This document shows, one piece after another, positions 28,722 through 37,133 of a stretch of 64,000 nt of DNA. Both the position numbers and the translations under genes were made by a program. The stretch's first letter is position 1; each line of letters begins with the position of its first letter. This DNA is from Simkaniaceae bacterium (GTDB lineage Bacteria > Chlamydiota > Chlamydiia > Chlamydiales > Simkaniaceae), in the NCBI GenBank assembly GCA_050248615.1, contig JBFWSA010000004.1, positions 1 through 64,000 on the forward strand. The letters are read 5' to 3'. Under the pieces are notes generated by a model. It saw nothing but the letters and a program-made list of their open reading frames with translations. It was not told the origin of the DNA and did no database searches.

Positions 28722-30314
28722 ATGATTGTTCTTGATAAGATCTCAAAAAAAATTGGAACGCGGGTTTTATTTGATGATGTCTGCGCCGCTTTTAATCCCG
28801 GAAACCGCTATGGACTCACCGGTCCTAATGGAGCCGGGAAATCGACCCTTTTGAAAATCATGATGGGTGTTGAAGATGCGACTTCAGGAAGCATTACTTT
28901 GCCCAAAAAGGTCGGTTTTTTAAGGCAAAATATTGAAGAATTCAAAGATAACCGCGTCATCGATGCTGTCATCATTGGAAATGCACGCCTTTGGAAAGCT
29001 TTGGTGGAGCGGGACATGCTCTACGAGAAAGAGATGACCGATGCAGTGGGGATGCGCCTTGGAGAAATTGAAGAGGTGATTGCAGAAGAAGATGGCTATA
29101 GCGCCGAATCCGATGCAGAAATGCTCCTTTCTGGAATGGGAATTGATGTAGAATTTCATGAGAAACTCATGCACGAGCTTCCCACGGACCTCCAATTCCG
29201 AGTTCTTCTATGCCAAGCCCTCTTTGGAGACCCTGAAGCCCTCCTTCTAGACGAGCCGACAAACCACCTAGACTTAGAATCGATTGGATGGCTAGAAAAT
29301 TTCTTACACAACTACACGGGAACGCTGATTGTCGTGAGCCATGACCGCCATTTCCTTAACGCGGTCACCACCCATATTGCCGATATCGACTATGACACCA
29401 TTATCACTTATCCTGGAAACTATGACGACATGCTTGTAGCGAAAACCTCCGTTCGAGAGCGTGCTGAACAAGAGGCTAAATCGAAAGAGAAGAAAATCTC
29501 TCAACTAAAAGAGTTCGTGGCCCGTTTTGGTGCGGGAACCCGCGCTTCTCAAGTGCAGTCACGCATCCGCGAAATCAATCGCTTGCAACCCCAAGACCTC
29601 AAAAAATCCAACATCCAACGCCCCTATATCCGTTTCACTCCTCCTGAAAAAATCTCTGGGAAAATCTCCCTTAAAGTGGAAGGGATTTGTAAATCTTTTG
29701 ATACACTTTCTGTCATTAAGAATTTTAGCATTGAAATCCACCGTGGAGACAAAGTAGCTGTCATTGGTAACAATGGAGTGGGGAAAACCACCCTTCTCCG
29801 GATGCTTGCGGGAGTCCTTCAGCCTGATAAAGGAACCGTGGAGCGGGGACACCAAGTCGAGTTGGGTTACTTTCCACAAAACCATCAAGACTTCATTGAC
29901 AAATCAGAAAAAATCCAAGCTTTTGAATGGCTCAAGCGATACAAAGCCAAAGCCTATGACCAAGAAATCCGTGGTGTCATGGGACGGATGTTATTTTCTG
30001 GTGACGATGCTTTTAAAGAAATCTCCAAACTCTCGGGTGGAGAAACAGCCCGTCTCATTTTTGCTGCTCTCCTTTTGAATCCTTATAATACCCTGATCTT
30101 TGATGAACCCAATAACCACCTCGATCTCGAATCTGTTTCTGCCCTTGCATGGGGACTCGAAGAATTTAAAGGGACAGTTGTTATTGCCTCTCATGACCGA
30201 GGCTTAATCAACGAATTTGCAACAAAAATCATCGCTATCGAAAAAGATGGGATCCATGTTTTTGATGGCAAGTTAGACGAGTACCTCGCAACTAAGAGGG
30301 TGTCTTCGAATTAA
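28722..30314 (+). CDS. ABC-F family ATPase
   Basis: Two NBDs (GPNGAGKST, LLLDEPTNHLD; GNNGVGKTT, LSGGE, DEPNNHLD) and no TM segments. Confidence 0.93.
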   Translation: MIVLDKISKKIGTRVLFDDVCAAFNPGNRYGLTGPNGAGKSTLLKIMMGVEDATSGSITLPKKVGFLRQNIEEFKDNRVIDAVIIGNARLWKALVERDMLYEKEMTDAVGMRLGEIEEVIAEEDGYSAESDAEMLLSGMGIDVEFHEKLMHELPTDLQFRVLLCQALFGDPEALLLDEPTNHLDLESIGWLENFLHNYTGTLIVVSHDRHFLNAVTTHIADIDYDTIITYPGNYDDMLVAKTSVRERAEQEAKSKEKKISQLKEFVARFGAGTRASQVQSRIREINRLQPQDLKKSNIQRPYIRFTPPEKISGKISLKVEGICKSFDTLSVIKNFSIEIHRGDKVAVIGNNGVGKTTLLRMLAGVLQPDKGTVERGHQVELGYFPQNHQDFIDKSEKIQAFEWLKRYKAKAYDQEIRGVMGRMLFSGDDAFKEISKLSGGETARLIFAALLLNPYNTLIFDEPNNHLDLESVSALAWGLEEFKGTVVIASHDRGLINEFATKIIAIEKDGIHVFDGKLDEYLATKRVSSN

Positions 30315-30323
30315 AATTTCTTT
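30295..30323. repeat. Family D half-site overlapping the ABC-F stop codon
   Basis: AGAGGGTGTCTTCGAATTAAAATTTCTTT matches the ends of the 42046-42240 element. Confidence 0.7.
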
Positions 30324-30331
30324 CACTCCCT

Positions 30332-31021
30332 TTGCGTCGAAAGCATAAACTGGCAGGAGATCACTTACGCCTTCTCTTTGATCAAGGGATCATCGATGAA
30401 ACCTACCGCCAAATGGAGTCTTACTTAGAGCTCCCTCCCCTCTCTCCTTCTTCAGAAGCAATGGCCGATCGCTTTCACCTTCATATGGAAGCTGCCGCCG
30501 TTTCGATTAAAGAACACAACCTCTTAGTGAAACGTTTAGATCACCTCTCTCAGGTGCCCTATGGTTCTATTGGAGTTTATTTAGAGAATCTCCGTTCCGC
30601 ATATAATGTGGGCAACATTTTGCGCACGGTGGAAGCCTTTCGTTTAGGCCCTGTCTACTTCTCCCCAAATACCCCTTTTGTCGATCATCCTAAGGTGATC
30701 AAAACGGCGATGGGAGTCGCCTCCCATGTACCCTGCGAAAGAAAAGAGCTTGGTACCCTTCCCCATCCACGGATTGCCCTCGAAACGGTCGAAAATGCCC
30801 CTTCTCTTTTTGCCTTTGATTTCCCGAAAAGCTTTACGCTCCTGATCGGAAATGAAGAATATGGTCTTTCCCAGAAAGCCCTTGAGGAAGCGGATCACGT
30901 GTTACAAATCCCTCTTCTTGGATCCAAAAACTCCCTCAATGTGGCCTCAGCTTTTGCTATTGTTGCCGCTCAACTCTGCAACAGTTTGAGAATCGCTGCG
31001 GGAGAGAAGTGCTCATCATAA
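30332..31021 (+). CDS. TrmH/SpoU family RNA methyltransferase
   Basis: LENLRSAYNVGNILRT, GNEEYGL, IPLLGSKNSLNVA. TTG start uncertain. Confidence 0.88.
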   Translation: MRRKHKLAGDHLRLLFDQGIIDETYRQMESYLELPPLSPSSEAMADRFHLHMEAAAVSIKEHNLLVKRLDHLSQVPYGSIGVYLENLRSAYNVGNILRTVEAFRLGPVYFSPNTPFVDHPKVIKTAMGVASHVPCERKELGTLPHPRIALETVENAPSLFAFDFPKSFTLLIGNEEYGLSQKALEEADHVLQIPLLGSKNSLNVASAFAIVAAQLCNSLRIAAGEKCSS

Positions 31022-31743
31022 ATTTCCTGGAAGAGCTTTAAATACTGGCTATCTAAGCGATAAAAAGCTTTTTCACCCGGATCTAGGTAATTGATAGCCC
31101 AAGGAGGATCAAACATATACTCATAGTAGAACCCGAAATCTCCTAAAAGGACATCCCAAACTTCAAAACGGTCCTCACAGTTTTGTAAAATGGTTGCCAG
31201 TATTTGGTTGAAAAAAGGGTCTACCGATTCTTCGCAGAAGCTCTTGATCTTCTCCATACACTCTTCTTCCATAAAATCGATGTGGAAGTTAAATTTTTTG
31301 ACCGACAATTCTCCACTTTTGTAGGCATCCCACAAGATATTCTCTTTAATCTCTGTTGTCAAAATCATATCTTGGAGTTCACCCAGTTTAGCAACATCTC
31401 CTTTGTATCCACTTGCATCGAAACACCCTGCATGAAGAAGGGGAAAAGCACGAAGAATAATATCGGGATGATCTAAATAGGGTTGCGCTGTTTTTAGTGC
31501 TTCTTTAAATAGTAGTGTCTCATCAATATTAGGATAGCGATTCGCTAAAATCGTCGCTTCCTGAATATAGTCAGTCGTAACAGTTAAAAGCTTCTTCAAA
31601 CCTTTTTGCAAGTGTTCAAGAGCGGAAGGATTTTTCACCATTTCTTTTACAAGGGCAGGATCGACTTGCACCTCTGATGCCTCAGCACCTGTTAAAAAAA
31701 GGGCGGATACAATCCATGCTAAATAAGGAATCCATTTTTTCAT
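30970..31743 (-). CDS. Hypothetical exported protein
   Basis: 257-aa ORF with GGAG RBS and signal peptide (MKKWIPYLAWIVSALFLTGAEA). Confidence 0.65.
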   Translation of the reverse strand: MKKWIPYLAWIVSALFLTGAEASEVQVDPALVKEMVKNPSALEHLQKGLKKLLTVTTDYIQEATILANRYPNIDETLLFKEALKTAQPYLDHPDIILRAFPLLHAGCFDASGYKGDVAKLGELQDMILTTEIKENILWDAYKSGELSVKKFNFHIDFMEEECMEKIKSFCEESVDPFFNQILATILQNCEDRFEVWDVLLGDFGFYYEYMFDPPWAINYLDPGEKAFYRLDSQYLKLFQEIYDEHFSPAAILKLLQS

Positions 31744-31808
31744 CTAACATCTCCCAAAAAATAAATGAGCTGCCATCGTAAATGACTTAAGCTATTTATG
31801 ACAAATCC

Positions 31809-31829
31809 TTTTGAAGTTGTTTGAGTATA
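31809..31829. repeat. Family B repeat half-site
   Basis: TTTTGAAGTTGTTTGAGTATA, exact reverse complement of 42069-42089. Confidence 0.75.
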
Positions 31830-31886
31830 CACTTGCAAAAGAATATCCCAATACATATGCTTGAAGTTGGATAGTGAGGATTAATT

Positions 31887-32318
31887 ATGGAAAGAAAGGA
31901 AAAACAAAAGATCTACAGTACCTTTAAACAAGACTTAGAACAGTTCGCCACAAACGTACAAGAGCTCATCCACGATGCGGAGCTTTCGACAAAACGTGAG
32001 TTTCTCCAAAAAATCGCTGATGATGTCAACCGCCTCTATGAAAGTTCAATCCAAGTTCAAAAAGCTCAGGATGAAGACGCGGAAGAAATCGGTGCGATCG
32101 TACAAAATATCTTTGTCCAGCCACTCGCTGTCAAAGCTCATGGACACATCTCGATCAAAAAAGCTGTTGAAACATTTGAGCCCGAGAAAGAGGGTGAAAC
32201 AGATCTCTCGTATATCATGCGAGAATATGTCACCCATCCTGAGTCAACAAAGAGTTTTGTTCGAGAGCTTGAGCTTCTGTCAGAAGAGTTTGATACGATT
32301 TTGCGTCAAATCGCCTAG
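31887..32318 (+). CDS. Hypothetical helical protein
   Basis: 143-aa ORF with GAGGA RBS; no family recognised. Confidence 0.6.
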   Translation: MERKEKQKIYSTFKQDLEQFATNVQELIHDAELSTKREFLQKIADDVNRLYESSIQVQKAQDEDAEEIGAIVQNIFVQPLAVKAHGHISIKKAVETFEPEKEGETDLSYIMREYVTHPESTKSFVRELELLSEEFDTILRQIA

Positions 32319-32345
32319 ATAGTGTCGTCATGAGTTGCTCATCTC

Positions 32346-33578
32346 CTAAGAAGACCGCGCTAAGGCTAACTCAAAGATTCCCGCTTTTTTGCAAAATTGC
32401 TTAAATTTTTTCCAGTTTTTATAGAGATCCCCCTCTTTTGTAAGCGTCTTCTCCAATGCTATGAGTAACCGAAGCGCCTTTTCTCTATTTTCTTCTTTTT
32501 CATCAAATACAGCGATCTTCATGAGAGAGGCAAGTTTATAAAGTGTTTTCCTATCCTCTCCTAAAGCATTTAATTCCCAAAGCGATTTATAGAATAACCC
32601 CTTCTCTCGACACAAGCCTTTAAACCACTCCCAATTTTTATAAATATCACTCTCTTGACTCAATTCCATTTCTGCAGCTGCTATTTCTATACACCCTTGG
32701 AGCTTTCTCTCTTTGCTCGCATAATTTACCATCCCATTCCAATAGATAAGATTCGAAAGACTCTCTCTATCTTCTTCAGAAATAGGATGGGGCCATTTTG
32801 AGGGGGGAGGGGGAAGGGGACTCAACCAATTGACCTCATTATAGAAACGACTGGTATGTCTAATATGCCCAAAAACTTCTGCAGTGACTAAATAAAGTTT
32901 TTTGGGATAGGTAAGGAGGTATGAATTGTAAGCCTCTGGAACACCGATCTCACGAAGAACTCGACCTGTACGCTTATAGACATTCCTTTCTTGCATTTCA
33001 ACTTGATAAATGAATTGTTCTTGCGTATAACCCATCCAAGGAAGCGCTCTATAAAACCCATCAATCGAAGCGTTCCCGAGTTCAAAGGTGAGAGAACCCA
33101 TTTGAAAATAAATATGATCTTTTTCTTCATGCCTTTGAAAGGATCTCACCGAAATACGAACCGTCTTCCCTCTTGAATCCCATGATGCATTGTAAGTGTG
33201 AGCTTCAACCTCAATATGATGCTTGGTCAGTTCCGACACATAGATAATCTCTTCTTCCCCAGTTTCTACTGTCTCCATAGCTGCAGTATGAATCGGCAGC
33301 TTAGCCAAATCACTCTTTCGCACATAGGTCCAGAAAAGTCCATAAATAGGTACCACCTCTCTGGGAACCAATAGCTTAACATGCATTTGACCCACTTTTT
33401 CAAAAGCCCTTATAGGAACATCAGGAGCTTTTTCACAGAGGGTTATTATTGCATTTTCCAGCACCTCTGGATAGGAAGAAAAGCATCTTTGGGCAAGCTC
33501 TCTCCCTTGCTCTCCAGAACTCGTCAGCGATGGACCGACCCTCATTTCATAAATCCTTTTGGCAAAGTATTTTAACAA
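32346..33578 (-). CDS. Hypothetical protein
   Basis: 410-aa ORF, start uncertain; internal repeat DIYKNWEWFKGLC / DLYKNWKKFKQFC. Confidence 0.6.
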   Translation of the reverse strand: MLKYFAKRIYEMRVGPSLTSSGEQGRELAQRCFSSYPEVLENAIITLCEKAPDVPIRAFEKVGQMHVKLLVPREVVPIYGLFWTYVRKSDLAKLPIHTAAMETVETGEEEIIYVSELTKHHIEVEAHTYNASWDSRGKTVRISVRSFQRHEEKDHIYFQMGSLTFELGNASIDGFYRALPWMGYTQEQFIYQVEMQERNVYKRTGRVLREIGVPEAYNSYLLTYPKKLYLVTAEVFGHIRHTSRFYNEVNWLSPLPPPPSKWPHPISEEDRESLSNLIYWNGMVNYASKERKLQGCIEIAAAEMELSQESDIYKNWEWFKGLCREKGLFYKSLWELNALGEDRKTLYKLASLMKIAVFDEKEENREKALRLLIALEKTLTKEGDLYKNWKKFKQFCKKAGIFELALARSS

Positions 33579-33615
33579 TGAGAATAAATAAAACGCAATC
33601 TCTAGAAATATAGAG

Positions 33616-33781
33616 ATGAACCTATCCCATTAATCCATTCATGGGGATTTTTGAGATTTTTCTTGAAGATTTTTTTCATTCATTTTGAGGCCTTGTCTCT
33701 TGGACAATGTCCTCAAAATGAATGAAAAAATCGGCAAAAAAGGCAAAAAATACCGGAAATGGATTAATGGGATAGGTTCAT
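33616..33781. mobile_element. Palindromic element, family A, full length
   Basis: 24-bp perfect inverted ends ATGAACCTATCCCATTAATCCATT / AATGGATTAATGGGATAGGTTCAT; core TTTTGAGGCCTTGTCTCTTGGACAATGTCCTCAAAA. Confidence 0.9.
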
Positions 33782-33890
33782 TACTCATAAATATTTGTAT
33801 TTAAAAATGTTAAAAACAGTAAAAAATTAAAACACTTATATTCAAAAACTTACAAAACAAAAAAAATATTAATTAAAAAAATAAATTTTA

Positions 33891-33899
33891 TGTTATAAT
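33891..33899 (+). promoter_or_regulatory. Extended -10 promoter (TGnTATAAT) in a very AT-rich tract
   Basis: TGTTATAAT followed by an AGGAGG RBS and the ATG at 33932. Confidence 0.55.
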
Positions 33900-33931
33900 T
33901 AATAATATCTTAAAAAAAGGAGGGTTAAAAA

Positions 33932-34456
33932 ATGACTACATCAACTATTTCATATAGAGGCGGTTTCGAGCCTCAAATTTCTTATAATGACAATAGCCCA
34001 ACAGGGATCCATCAAGACCAAACGCTATCGGTTACTCCACAGACCGTTTGGAGATCTATGCTATCTGGAACCATGGATTATGCAAGGAGTTTTTTCTCAC
34101 GTTCGACACCTCAAGAAAATGCCCACATGCCTAACAGTGTTCAGGCTGATCAATTTCTTGGAGATGCAGAGAATTTACATAATGGAAAACTAGAACAACA
34201 AGAAAACTCTAACAGGTATTGGAAATCTGAAATTTCTGATGACGAAAGTGATAGTGATGACGTAAAGCCAAGAAGAACAGTTCAGGTTGTTTATGACTCC
34301 GAAGAAGAACTTCCTTTCTTTCCAGGCGCTATGACACTCACTCGCATTGGATCAGCAGGTCTTCCGATGCGCGATCCTAATGATTATGAGCTTTATCTAC
34401 GTGATAGCCAAGTCGAATACATAGAACTAGAAGATAAAGGCTATTATTCGAACTAA
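33932..34456 (+). CDS. Hypothetical acidic low-complexity protein (candidate T3SS effector)
   Basis: Strong RBS, Ser/Thr-rich N-terminus (MTTSTIS), acidic SDDESDSDD patch. Confidence 0.6.
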   Translation: MTTSTISYRGGFEPQISYNDNSPTGIHQDQTLSVTPQTVWRSMLSGTMDYARSFFSRSTPQENAHMPNSVQADQFLGDAENLHNGKLEQQENSNRYWKSEISDDESDSDDVKPRRTVQVVYDSEEELPFFPGAMTLTRIGSAGLPMRDPNDYELYLRDSQVEYIELEDKGYYSN

Positions 34457-34463
34457 GTTTATA

Positions 34464-34543
34464 TAACGCCAGTTCCATGAACCTATCCCATCAAATGGAT
34501 TATCGGGATAGGTTCATATAAGGACTCTAGACAACTGGCGTTA
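34464..34543. mobile_element. Short family C element (TAACGCCAGTT...AACTGGCGTTA) containing a nested short family A element (34477-34517)
   Basis: Outer 11-bp perfect inverted repeat; inner ATGAACCTATCCC-ATCAAATGGATTATC-GGGATAGGTTCAT. Confidence 0.75.
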
Positions 34544-34557
34544 AATAGAAATGGTAT

Positions 34558-34587
34558 AAAGCTCAGTAGATTTCTACTGAGCTTTTT
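34558..34587. terminator. Rho-independent terminator, probably bidirectional
   Basis: AAAGCTCAGTAGA-TT-TCTACTGAGCTTTTT between convergent genes. Confidence 0.8.
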
Positions 34588-34605
34588 GTATTAAACCCTG
34601 GAGAG

Positions 34606-35511
34606 TTACTTAGGAAAGGGAAAACGCTTAAAGTCATCCGCTACGTCTACATTGGGAAAAACCGCCCGTGCCTCTTCTAAGAAGGAACCAAGATCCCGGT
34701 AACGGGCAGAAAAATGAGTGAGGATGAGTTTTTCAGCCCCTGCTTCTTTGGCAATTTCTGCGGCTTGCTTGGCTGTCATATGATCATGAGCAATCGCTAA
34801 GTCACGGTGTTCTTCTAAGTAAGTGCTCTCGCAAAGGAAAAGTTTAGCCCCTTTTGCGAGATTGATGGCATTTTGACAAGCCTTGGTATCAATCACAACA
34901 GCGACAACATCCCCTGTGCGGATATAACTCACTTCTTCTAGTTTTATCTTTTTCCCCTCGACCACGATTTCACCTTTATCCTCCAGCTCTTTGACGAGCA
35001 TCCCTTTGATCCCTGCTACAGAGAGCTTCTCTTTATGGAATTTAACCGTATCTGCTTCTTGGATGCGCCAACCAAGATTATCGACACCATGGTCGAGAAA
35101 TTGTGCCTCAATGGTAAAGTTTCCATCTTCATGGACAACACCGGGTTTGGAAACAGGATGTTCAATGACTTGAATATGATCGTGATAAATGGTTCCGTAA
35201 CGCAAACGATCGAAATAGACCTTTCCACTCGCCGGATAGTAACAATGGACGGGGTGTGTCACTTTATCTAAATTCAGCCGCATAAGCATCGAACCTAGCC
35301 CTAGGCAATGGTCTCCATGAAAATGGCTCACAAAAATACGGGTCACACAAGGAGGAGAAACATCTGCAAAAATGAACTGTCTTTGGGTCCCCTCTCCGGG
35401 ATCAAAAAGAAAGCCCTCTTGATTCCAACGCAAAAGATAGGCGCCATGGTTGCGTAACCGGGTGGGTTGCTGAGAAGAACATCCTAAAATAATCAAATCG
35501 CGTACACTCAT
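34606..35511 (-). CDS. rnz: Ribonuclease Z
   Basis: [38 protein letters not shown]. Confidence 0.95.
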   Translation of the reverse strand: MSVRDLIILGCSSQQPTRLRNHGAYLLRWNQEGFLFDPGEGTQRQFIFADVSPPCVTRIFVSHFHGDHCLGLGSMLMRLNLDKVTHPVHCYYPASGKVYFDRLRYGTIYHDHIQVIEHPVSKPGVVHEDGNFTIEAQFLDHGVDNLGWRIQEADTVKFHKEKLSVAGIKGMLVKELEDKGEIVVEGKKIKLEEVSYIRTGDVVAVVIDTKACQNAINLAKGAKLFLCESTYLEEHRDLAIAHDHMTAKQAAEIAKEAGAEKLILTHFSARYRDLGSFLEEARAVFPNVDVADDFKRFPFPK

Positions 35512-35520
35512 GAGCTTATC

Positions 35521-36654
35521 CTATATGTTCCCCTTACTGAAGAGAGGGATGCGCCCTAAGATAGCTCCTGTGATAGCACCTGAAATGTGTGCGGTATTGG
35601 CAATATTCATCGGAAAATTGGCAACTTCAAAACGCATGAGGATAAAGGAGACAACCTGCAGAGCGAGCATTCCAAAAATAAAAATCGCTAAAAAGATCAG
35701 CGTCGCTCTTTGCAAAGGGTATCCTTCCCAGGGGGCCCGTTTTTGTCTCACCCAGATAAAGCCAGCAAGGCCACAGATCACTCCCGAATAACCGATAAAG
35801 AGAGGGCCGCTCATCAGGTACTGAAAGGTATTGGAGAGAATGCCAATAATCAGGGTAATAGAAAGGTACTGCCATTTTTTTATGCGCTCTTCTATCTGTC
35901 TTCCCAGCATCCATAACCAAAGCATATTGAACAAAATATGAAGAAATCCTCCATGCAAGAGGCAAGGGGTAAAGAGACGCCAGATTTGCCCTTCACGGAG
36001 TTTTACAAACAGCGGTGCATCGAGATCCTGTTTCGTTGCAGGATAATCAAGCAGGACCCCATACAGCCCCATCCAAACAGGGAGACTATCGATTTTTGCA
36101 TAAGCCGCTTGGGCTTCAGCAGGAAGTTTATCCAGCTCTTCAGGTGTTTCCATCGGATAACTGGCAAAAAAATCGACGAGAAGAGCAAAGGTACTGGGAG
36201 CGTCATAAGAAAGATCGATAAAGAGGGGGGTGAGATTAAAAAAGCGTGCTCCCGATTTGTTTTTTGCAAGCTCTGCCATTTGGTATCCATTCCAAATAAA
36301 AAGAAGGGCACAAACGAATACAATGAAACGGGTTAATGGCATCCGAGGACGTCTTACACGCTGCGCCTTAATCGCATGGATCAAGGCTTGTTGACGCTCT
36401 GCCTGACTGGCAGCAACCCCTTCTGTATCGATGGGGTGGGGTTTGCTTTCAAACCGGAGGTCTTCCGCATTTTTCCTGAATTCTTCCAGCCAATGGGTAG
36501 CTTTATCAATTTCATCTTCATGCATGACCCAAAACTGAAAGGTATTTTTCTCTGTAGTGACTGGCTCATAACTACACTCAATTCCCTCTGCTTCGAGAAA
36601 GGAATAAAACTTGTAAGCCTCTTTTTCTCCCTGAATCGTTCCAATTAAACGCAT
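35521..36654 (-). CDS. Rhomboid family intramembrane serine protease (GlpG-like)
   Basis: WRLFTP.LLH...HILFN, GYSG, ANTAHISG. Confidence 0.9.
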   Translation of the reverse strand: MRLIGTIQGEKEAYKFYSFLEAEGIECSYEPVTTEKNTFQFWVMHEDEIDKATHWLEEFRKNAEDLRFESKPHPIDTEGVAASQAERQQALIHAIKAQRVRRPRMPLTRFIVFVCALLFIWNGYQMAELAKNKSGARFFNLTPLFIDLSYDAPSTFALLVDFFASYPMETPEELDKLPAEAQAAYAKIDSLPVWMGLYGVLLDYPATKQDLDAPLFVKLREGQIWRLFTPCLLHGGFLHILFNMLWLWMLGRQIEERIKKWQYLSITLIIGILSNTFQYLMSGPLFIGYSGVICGLAGFIWVRQKRAPWEGYPLQRATLIFLAIFIFGMLALQVVSFILMRFEVANFPMNIANTAHISGAITGAILGRIPLFSKGNI

Positions 36655-37133
36655 GACTTGATTTTCTCAATGAGATTCGTGGTTGAAAGACCCGGCACTA
36701 ACTTCACGATGTGAATTTTTCCCCCATAGCTCTTCACCACTTCAGCTTCTATGCAATCTTCCCCATATTCAGAGCCATTGACATGGACATCTGGTCTCAC
36801 TTTTTTTAAAAATTCTCTGGGATCTGTCTCATCAAAATAGGTCACGAAATCGACAAATTCGAGAGCAGCAGCCATTTGCAAGCGGTGCTCTAATGTCACA
36901 AGAGGGCGTTTGGGGCTTTTATACCTTTTTATAGAGTCATCGGTATTCAGCGCTAAAATCAAACAGTCTGCTTGCTCCGACGCCTCATGAATCATGTGCA
37001 GATGACCTGCATGCATTAAATCAAAAGAACCATTAAGCGTGGCTACCGTTTTCCCTTCTTGACGCAGCTTTTTTACTTTCTGTTCCAAGTCTTCTGGAAG
37101 AATAAGTTTTGCTTCTTTCCAAGGAGCTTTCAT
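36645..37133 (-). CDS. Nucleotidyltransferase, RfaE2/HldE domain II-like
   Basis: TLNGSFDLMHAGH, LNTDDSIKRYK..KRP, PGLSTT. Confidence 0.82.
   Translation of the reverse strand: MKAPWKEAKLILPEDLEQKVKKLRQEGKTVATLNGSFDLMHAGHLHMIHEASEQADCLILALNTDDSIKRYKSPKRPLVTLEHRLQMAAALEFVDFVTYFDETDPREFLKKVRPDVHVNGSEYGEDCIEAEVVKSYGGKIHIVKLVPGLSTTNLIEKIKSCV

Noticed and set aside
34461..34546. attC/integron-cassette interpretation of TAAC...GTTA elements (also 23936-24115)
   Set aside because: Ends only partly fit RYYYAAC/GTTRRRY, there is no cassette array, and the only tyrosine recombinase looks like housekeeping XerC. An IntegronFinder run would settle it.
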